A DNA stretch of 64,000 nt, taken from NCBI RefSeq assembly GCF_009914755.1, contig NC_060934.1. One strand, written 5' to 3'. The translations under genes were made by a program, and so were the position numbers. This DNA comes from the human T2T-CHM13v2.0 reference genome, Homo sapiens. The notes under the pieces were generated by a model. The model was not told where the DNA came from and searched no databases. It saw only the letters and a list, made by a program, of their open reading frames with translations. Shown here piece by piece: positions 55,496 through 64,000 of this stretch. Within the stretch, counting starts at the first letter, position 1, and each line of letters opens with the position of its first letter.

Positions 55496-58034
55496 CTCTT
55501 AAAACGGTATAGCCCACTGTCTGAGCACACGCTCAGCGTGCTGGAAACAAAGCATCCTTATTATTAGAGGCCAAAATCCTGCCTTGATCTCTCAGCATCT
55601 GTTTGGGTGCTCCCCTAAATACTCAAGAATGAGGGTGTTCTTGTGAAAAAGTGTTTACCCAGCTGGCTCTCAGGAAAGCTGTGCATTGTCCCAGGCCTCC
55701 CACCTCTCAGCTGATAGCACCAGCAACAACAGACAGGCTACATGATGTGAAATTCCCACACCCTGGCCGTCCAACCCCGGTGACCCAAAGAACTAAGGTG
55801 TGAGCCATGCTTTTAGGAATAAGAGACAGCATGAGAAAATAAGCTGGTAGCAAGGAGTGTCAGGAGGGAAATCCGGGGCCTGACATCCTAGCACATTCAG
55901 GCACATTCAGGTAGCTAGAGGTTTCTGAAGCCTGCATAGGGGGTGGTGTAAGAGGGAAGACAGGGCACTTGGAGAGTGACTCAGCCTGAGAAGCTGAGTC
56001 AGGACAGGCAGCTGCGGGAAGGGAACAGCATTTACGAAGCTCCCACCTGGTGCCAGGCTCTGGGGCAGGCTAATGTGTGCTACCCCCACCGAGCGCTCCT
56101 GCTCCTCCCATGAGAAATGCCCTAACCCCATTACACAGATGAGAACAGTGAGGCTCAGTGAGTGCCCTAAGCCAAAAAGTAATCTTAGGAGCTGAGGCTG
56201 GGGAACTGAGGGTCTCTGTAGGCCATGAGTGCTTGAGGGAGTCTCCAGGAGGGCTTATCTCTCATCAGTCAGAATCTGCCTTCCCAAAAATGCTGCACAT
56301 CTCAGCCACATCACCCTGGTTCTGGGCAGGGTTTTTTGCAAGCAGGTGGAGATGACTTGCTGGCTGACTTGCCTGAGCCACAGGCTTGCAAGCAGGTGGT
56401 GGTGGTCACAATGGAACTGGATCACTGAAATGGCCGGAGGTGGAGGAATTGATAACAACATCTCAATCCACTCAGAAACCAAGAGGAAATCAAACAAAAA
56501 TTACATCCAGCTTCTCCCTGCTAAAACCAAATCAATAGAGAAGGCAGAAAAACAAGTGTGTTGTATTTTGTACAAATTTCCGATTGTCACTGTCTGTTTA
56601 CCGAAGGAAAATGCTGGTGGTCACCCAGGGAGGGCTCCTGGCAGCTGTCCTGCTCTGGAGGGACGGCAAGACACCCAACCAGTGGTAGGGCAGTGGCAGG
56701 GTGTTTTTGCAATGCCATTTCACTTCTAATTAAAATTAAATATTAAACAAATGAATATGTATAAATGTGTCCTGGGGTTAGTAATTTATCCAGATGGACC
56801 TCCACACCTTTTGGGGCTTTGGGTGGGTGGTGTCCCAGGCAGCAAGGCCCAGGGAGGAAAAAGGGAAGAGGGTGCAGCCATCACAAGGAGGGAACTGACC
56901 CAGAAGCAAAGACAGGAAAAGGGCAAAATCATGGGGCCATCATTACCGTGTCCCTGCTGAGGCCCAGGGACCCTCACCCCATGCAGGGAACAGGAAGAAG
57001 AGCCATACATCCCCATCCCAGCCACCCAAAGCCCAGCCACACAGCTCCTCCTTTCCCAAGCCCACTAGGGACAGCTAACTGCAAACTGTGTGTTCTCTCA
57101 CCTAAAAGCAAGGGGCAGCCAATCTTGTTTGTCTTCAGAAGCTTTCCATGGATAAGGCACATAGTAGCTCAGACTCAATTTCCATTCCCAATTCTGCAAA
57201 TCCAACCCTAAAAACAGGGGTGTCCTGTGCATAAAAAGGGTCTTGGGGCCAACTTTTCAAAAGTATAGAGGCAAAAAGTCTGTCTGGATCTGGAGCCAGC
57301 AGGGTGCACACTAGTGGACAGGTGAGGGTGTTGGGTGGGGTTGTCCATGACCCACTGCTTGGAGAAATCATTCCTCTTGGCTTTACTATTCTTTGGAAGT
57401 GGCCTTTGGGCATCTGTCCCAACACCCAGAGAGAACCTTCTGGGTCATGCCCTGTGCACAGGGCTGAGATGGGCTCCTGCGAACAGAGTCCTGGGGTTGC
57501 AGATTTCTCTCCAGGAGGGCAGCCTGGCAGGGGGCATATATCTGATCCATCATCATGGGCATGGGCCTGAAGGAGCCTTCTGAAAGCCAGTGTCAGGGGG
57601 TTGTTGAGTTGGAGAGGCCTGTACTAAGTAAGTAGCACATTAGGGTATAAGAACCTGAGGAAACACAGGGGCTGAGATTCCAAAACTGAGGGCCAGGATG
57701 CTGGAGAGGTGGAGGCAGGGAGCGGGAGTGACTCTGTGGACCTCCAATGGGCCAGTACCCTCAGTGCCCTTTATGCATCCCAGGTTGTCATGGGGCAGGC
57801 TGGAGCCACTTGAAACAACGGGAGTGGGAGCAGCACAGCCTGGCCTGGCACTTGCGTCTGAGCCTGTGGCTGCCCTGGGCCATGGCACTGCCAGCTGTCT
57901 CCATCAAGCCCAGGTGAGGCGCTCCATGGCCCATCCTGTCCTTGAGGCCCATAGCAGAGACAGAGCTAGGGGCTGTGGGGCGTAGCTGTCCTATGAGCAT
58001 GAGCCCCAGAGCAGCATGTTTTGACGCATTTCTT

Positions 58035-58141
58035 TTTTTTTTTTTTTTTCATTATACTTTAAGTTCTAGGGTCCATGTGCACAATGTGCAGGTTTGCTAC
58101 ATATGTATACATATGCCATGTTGGGATGCTGCACCCGTTAA
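58035..58141 (-). mobile_element. Very short L1PA (PA4-6-like) 3' end insertion
   Basis: Poly-T plus attatactttaagttctaggg...gcacccgttaa. Perfect 15-bp TSD tttgacgcatttctt at 58020-58034 and 58142-58156. Confidence 0.92.
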
Positions 58142-59043
58142 TTTGACGCATTTCTTAAAGATCCTCTGTTAACACGTCAGCTGTTAAGCCAGTGATGAAG
58201 ACTGTGAGCATGATACTTTGGACTGATAGCGTCAGCCACCGACCAGGCAGGCAGAGAAGCGGTCAGAGGCTAAGACTTTGAGCCTTGCCCCTGCAGTTGG
58301 CCTCTGGCTGCTCTTCTGGCCCAGAGCCACAAGCAGGGACTCTGTGTGGGAGGCCTGGGTCAGACAATGTTTGTTGAGTCCCCACTCGGTGGCAGGGATG
58401 GTGGGGGCAGTCCATCTGTGGTCTCTTAATCTTCTTTCTAGAGAAGTATGATTATCCCCACCAAATGGCTGAGAGGATGAAGAACAGAGAGGAGGAAGAG
58501 TGGCCCAGCACCCCCCGCTGGTATGTGGTCGCCTGCTCAGCCTCACCCATCTGCTTACATCACCCTGTCCATCTCAGAAGCTACTGGCAAGGCAAGGAAG
58601 GGTCTCAGGCCTGAGGCCCCTGCACCACCCGGTGCTGCTCACTCCAGCTGGCCATAGTCCTAGGACCCCAGGTGGGGAACAGTTGTCAAAACAAACCGGG
58701 GCAGCACTTTTGCCGGTGCACCAGGCTGGGCAGAGTGGGAGGGGCTGTGTGAGCTCAGTGAATAGATTACCCGCTTCAATTATTTTATCTAACGATGACA
58801 TTTGTACTGTAAAAGTCAGCACAAAAATCAATGAGTTTTAAAGGACAAAATCTGGGGGAGGCTCCAGCCCAGCGACCTGGAACAGCAGCCCAGGAACCAG
58901 AAGGAAAGAGAGGTTCAGAACCATGGAGGTGAGCAAGATTCCCAGGATGCCAGCGCTGGGGTGGCCCACCCCCAGCAGCACCAGGGAGCAGAGAACAAAA
59001 GCGCTCAGTGCTGAGGCCCAGCCCTGAACCCCGCAGCCTGAAG

Positions 59044-59380
59044 CATTCATTCATTAATTCATTCATGCACAGGATAAATATCTACTAAGTGACACTGTGT
59101 TCCAGGCAGCCTGCTGAGCACAGTCTTAGAGGGACAGTCCCTGCCCTCACCCAGCACAGTGGAGGAAACAGAAGGGTAATTAAGTCCATAATTGCGCAAT
59201 CAAATAGTTAAATTACAGTTAAACAAGGACAAAGTCTAACTTCATCAGGGGGTCAGGGAGAGTTTCCCAAGAAAATGAGTTTAAGCCAAGGCATGGAGGA
59301 GGAGTTTGCAATGGGTACAGAGAGGTGGGAGAGGGAACAACATTCAGGCAGATGGAATAGCATGAACAAAGCTGAAGGTT
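59044..59380 (-). mobile_element. L2 3' end
   Basis: (cattcatt)n tail followed by aaatatctactaagtg...tgtgttccaggca. Confidence 0.6.
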
Positions 59381-60741
59381 TGGCTTCCTCCAGGACCGAT
59401 GGAAGCCATTCCCTCCAATGTAGTCGGCCCTACACTCACTCAGCCTCTCTCTTGGGGCCCCAAGGGGTAGTGGATGAAGCTGGGGGCACATCAGCAGCAT
59501 GGAGGAGGCAGCATGGGTGGTGATAAAGCATGTCCTTGGGTGATGGGGACCAGAAGGCAGACCAGGCATCCAAAGGCCAGAGAGATGGAGCAAAGAACAG
59601 TGGACAGAAGCGAATGTTCAGTGGGGGGTAGGAAATTTGGGGAGTCCAACAATGGCAGAAGTACCTTCAGCTGCCCTGCTGTGTGCTCCAGAGGCAGACT
59701 GTGCCTGTCAGGACGAACAGTCATGGAGCAGCCACAGGGGGTTTCAATCAACCCCAGCTATGACCAATAGAGGAAAAAAAAAATCTGTGATCCTGGAGGG
59801 ATACTCGCAGTGCACATTTCCCATGCTCCTTTATTACATCCTGGTGGTAGGAGGAGGAGCAGAGTGGGCAGAAAGCCCTGATGAAGAGCTAGATCTGAGA
59901 TGAGGCCAAGACAAATGGTTGTGTCAAAGCATCTGCAAGTTTCTATGTTGCTCGGCGCTCAAGGTTTCTGGAGGAAAATGCCTGAATAGCCCTTTTTCTG
60001 TGTAAAGGACCAGGCCCAGTCTAGACCAAGGCAGAGAGGGAAATGGGAGCACACGGACCCTGCAGGGCAGAACTGCAGCATTGCTTGCTGGCCTCCTGGA
60101 GACAGAGGGCTGGGAGAAGAGGGGAGGTGTTGAGCCAGGGCTGAGGGCCCACCCCTGCTGAAGCCCAGGGCCAAAGAGGCGGCCTGTGGCTGGCCTAGTC
60201 TACAAAGAGGGAGATCCAATATTGGGTGGTAAGTCGTTTCCAGTTCTGGGTTGGGTTTAAGGTTATAAAGACTGGGCCTGGGGTTCTAAGGGTTAGAATT
60301 CTTGGAGTTGAGATCAAGGTGAGTGGCCATCCCTCCCTGTTTTCCCAAATTTTAAGTGACAAACTGTCCCACTGACCACTTCCCAGGAGGTGCTCAGGGG
60401 AGGAAACCAAGGGAAGCTTCTGTTTAGGGCAAGACGGCGCTGTGAGTGGCTGGCAGGAACCGACATTCAGCAGGGCCTGGGATTCAGGAGGTAAGACTCA
60501 CTCCTCATTCACACCCCCAGAAATCCTGTGCAGAGCAACGGTTCCCACCACAATCGGAGGAGGCTCCGGTCATGCTGATTGGACATTAGCGCAAAGGGAG
60601 ATGCCAAAATGCTAAAGACACGGGAACATTTCACATTCATTACGGCTTGGCTAACTATGGAGTAAATGAGACCCATGGATCAGCCTCCATCACGTGCGTT
60701 CTGTTGTTCTCAGCGGTTCTTTATATCACTGTCACTATCTT

Positions 60742-61060
60742 TTTTTTTATTATTATACTTTAAGTTCTAGGGTACATGTGCACAACATGCAGGTTTGTTA
60801 CATATGTATACATGTGCTATGTTGGTGTGCTGCACCCGTTAACTCGTCATTTACATTAGGTATATCTACGATCAGAGTGAACAGGGAACATACAGAATGG
60901 GAGAAAATTTTTACAATCTACCCATCTGACAAAGGGCTAATATCCAGAATCTACAAAGAACTTGAACAAATTTACAAGAAAAAATCAACCCCATCAAAAA
61001 GTGGGCAAAGGATATGAACAGACACTTCTCAAAAAACGACATTTATGCAGCCAACAGACA
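60742..61060 (-). mobile_element. L1PA (PA4-6-like) insertion with 5' inversion (twin priming)
   Basis: Minus-strand tail/3'UTR at 60742-60867 joined to a plus-strand ORF2 piece at 60868-61060. TSD tgtcactatctt at 60730-60741 and 61062-61073. Confidence 0.92.
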
Positions 61061-64000
61061 TTGTCACTATCTTAGCAGCATTTACTGAGCCAGGAGGTGC
61101 AGCTTTACCTGTGTTTTGCAGATGTTTTCTCACCTAGTCCTCAGGAGAACTTGCAAGGCCTATATTACTATCCCATTATGCAAATAAGCACAATGAGGTT
61201 CTGAGAGGATGAGTAACTTGGCACAGCTGGGAAGTGGCAAAGTAGGACCTGCTGCCACAACAGCCCAGTTCCTGGCGCCACAGCATAAATTGGCCTGGCT
61301 GACACTTAAAATTTAGGTGGGACCAAATACTCCATCTCTGCTTTCTCAAATCAGGAGGTTTTATGTGAGCAGAATGCAGTTCCCCTCAGTCCTCACAGCC
61401 ATGTCTAAGCTTTTGCTGGGCAGTCTCTATTTCCACACTATTTGCGGCAGGCTTTGTTGCTGCTCTGGCCCAAGTACCTCCTTACCTCCCAAACAGTTAA
61501 GCCAGAGCCAGGCCCCAAGACCAAAGTCCCAAATCTCAAGTGCAAAACCTTCCTGCCTTTGCATTCAGGAACTTACGGGCATTGCTACTTTTCTTCTGCA
61601 GCAAGGAATCTGGGGCCTATTGGCAGAAAGGCTGAATGGGGAGCACCCCCCACCCAGCCCAGAAAAGACCCAGCCAACAAGGGTAGAAGGGGAAGGCCTC
61701 TCCCTCCCTGCAGCTCTGTCATCTTCCCCGCAAACCCCAGCACAATCTTATCAGGGAGACCTGAGGTTTTTCCACAGTTCTGAGAGCACTGATCTATTGG
61801 GGGACCAAGGAGCTTCCAATAAAGCAGGACAGAGGGGCCTGGGCCCTGGGAGGGTGTCCATCCAGTCAGGAGGCCAAACCCTCCCTGCTGCTGTCTTCCT
61901 GAGGATGAGCATCAGGGAGAAGGGGCCACAGAGGAAGACTGAAGGCCTGAGTGCAGGCCCCACCAAGAAAGAGTGCCTGCCTTCCAGAAGGAACCACCGA
62001 GCTGGTCCCAGAATATGTGCTTGCCCACTCTGGAAGAGAACCAAGCATCTCCCCAGGAAGTAGAGGACAGATCCCATAGGCCACAGACACCCTGCCCCTG
62101 GCTGTTCCCAAGGACCTCAGGATCAGGCAAACGGTGCCAAGGTTCTGTGGGGACAGTGGTTGCTGGGGGAGTGGCGGGCTTTCCAGCAGCAGCCTCACAC
62201 TTTGGCCAAGATGTCAGGTGTGCACCATCTTAGCTGGTCCTCCCCACGGCCAGGCAGGGTCCATAGCATTGTAGCTGTTTTACAGATGAGGAAACTGAGG
62301 TTTTGCTGCCTTCCTGCCCCACCACCACTGCAGAGTCGGCCCTCCTCAGCATGTTCTAGAGACTCTGATGTTAGACACAAAGTAGGACTGATTCTGCCTT
62401 TCTCACAGAAGCACCAGACTCAGCTCGGGCAGCTACCACCTAGGATTCCTGCCTGAGGCTCTCAGGAGACATCTGTGAGAAGAAGACGCTGTGCTCCAGC
62501 AGAGGAGGCCCAGAGGCAAGCAGTTGTGACCGAGGGAGGCACCAGGCCAGGCTCACAGTGGGTTCTCCAGGACAGAAGGAGCTACAAGAAGCCCCATAGA
62601 CCCCCACAGCCTTGAGCACACTGTGTGTGGTGAAAACCAAAGAAGAGGGGAAGCTGTTAGGCAGGCTGCTTGATGGAGGCAGACATGGCATCAGTGGTTT
62701 GAAATGAATGCAGCCCAAAAACATCTGGACTCCACCAGAGGCACTACGGGGCAAGGTGAGCCTGCATGAGTGGACCTCCATTCCCTGCCTGAGGCAGTGT
62801 GGTGACAGTGAGACAGAGCGTGGACCTTCGAGTCTAAGGCAAATCTTTCTCCTGACATTTATGGGCTGTGTGACTGTAAACAGGTACTTAACCACTTTGA
62901 GCCTCAGTTTCTACTGAAAAATAGGCACACAATCTCACCAGGCTGTGTGTGGAGCCGAGGAGACAATGCAGGCAAGGGGCGTGACCCCAGGCTGGGAAAA
63001 GTGAAACTCGCCCGCCCTCGTGCACTGCACTGAGATGGGAGGCCCTGCCCAAGCTGTGGGCTGTGTTTACCGAGGGCACATCTGAGCCCTGGGAAGCCCT
63101 TAGAAACCGGGATCCCATGACAATCTCCAGAACCCAAGAGCCTGCTGTCCACACAACACCTGTGGATGCAGAATCCCCTCTGCCAGGTGTGGGAAGGATT
63201 CTGAGCCAAGTGCCCACTGCACCCTGAGGAGCTGCCCTTCTTCACACACCCCAGCCCTGAGGGAGCCTCAGCAAGCCCAGGGCAGAGCGGTGAGTAAGGC
63301 TGGCAGGGAAAGAACACACTCAGGCTTTGCACACAGAGACACATAGAAATACCCAGTCACATACTCAAAGACCCACAAAATACCTGCCTCTGGAAAGACC
63401 TTCTTCTAACTCACCCACTTACCCTGGGGGACAGGGCAGGGCAAAGACCCAAGGCAGGTGTGCATCCCAGGCAAGGGGCACAGGTGACAGCACCATTCAG
63501 GGAGACTCCCTGGGCACAGAGTATGAGCTGGACCTTGTGAGTTCAGCTCGGTCTGTGGGGAAAGAAATTGAAGCTAGAAAGGGGACCCAGGCCCACAGCT
63601 CCAGCCAGGCATTGCTCCCCACTCTCACACACCTGCATGGGTGCACAATGCCGGTGCAGAAAGGCTGAAGGACAGTGTGTCTGACGTAAAAGATGCTTCA
63701 GTGCACTGGTCCAGGCCAATCCAGGATCATGGCAAGAGCTAGACCGGACTGCAACAAGAAGGCCTTGTGTCAGACCTAGGGATTTGGTCACAGCAGACCA
63801 AAAGGGCCACAGTGGCCTCTGGAAACACTGCCCTGAGATAGATAGGTGCCTTCCGGCAATGACCTTAGGCCAAACAGATAGAGAATGAGGCAAGTACTGT
63901 TGAGCTTGTCAAGCCACGCTGTAGCCCCAGGGGCAGTGGTATGCTAGGAAAGGTTTAACTGGCTCTCTGGAAGTAAATAAACCCCTGACTTGTAGCATTT

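Noticed and set aside
61317-62063. 248-aa ORF, the longest in the track
   Set aside because: GTG start, no homology recognised and no exon context.

Overview
Primate, most likely human, genomic DNA from inside GRID1 (glutamate receptor delta-1, GluD1), which is transcribed on the minus strand. The only supportable coding sequence is one 206-bp internal exon at 33423-33628. It encodes [30 protein letters not shown]...AHSFINE from the amino-terminal domain and is recalled as exon 4. Everything else is intron: Alus, L1 fragments (two with twin-priming inversions), solo LTRs with target-site duplications (TSDs), DNA-transposon relics, MIR/L2, a 31-bp minisatellite and three CAC/CAT tracts. Several AT-rich unique islands carry POU/homeodomain motifs. 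The other ORFs in the track are not credible genes. I find no new multi-gene system. The best leads are alternative processing signals just 3' of the exon, a recurrent POU-type dyad motif in candidate enhancers, and a 212-bp tandem duplication hidden in a CAT tract. Repeat subfamily names come from recalled consensus sequences and need RepeatMasker/Dfam confirmation.
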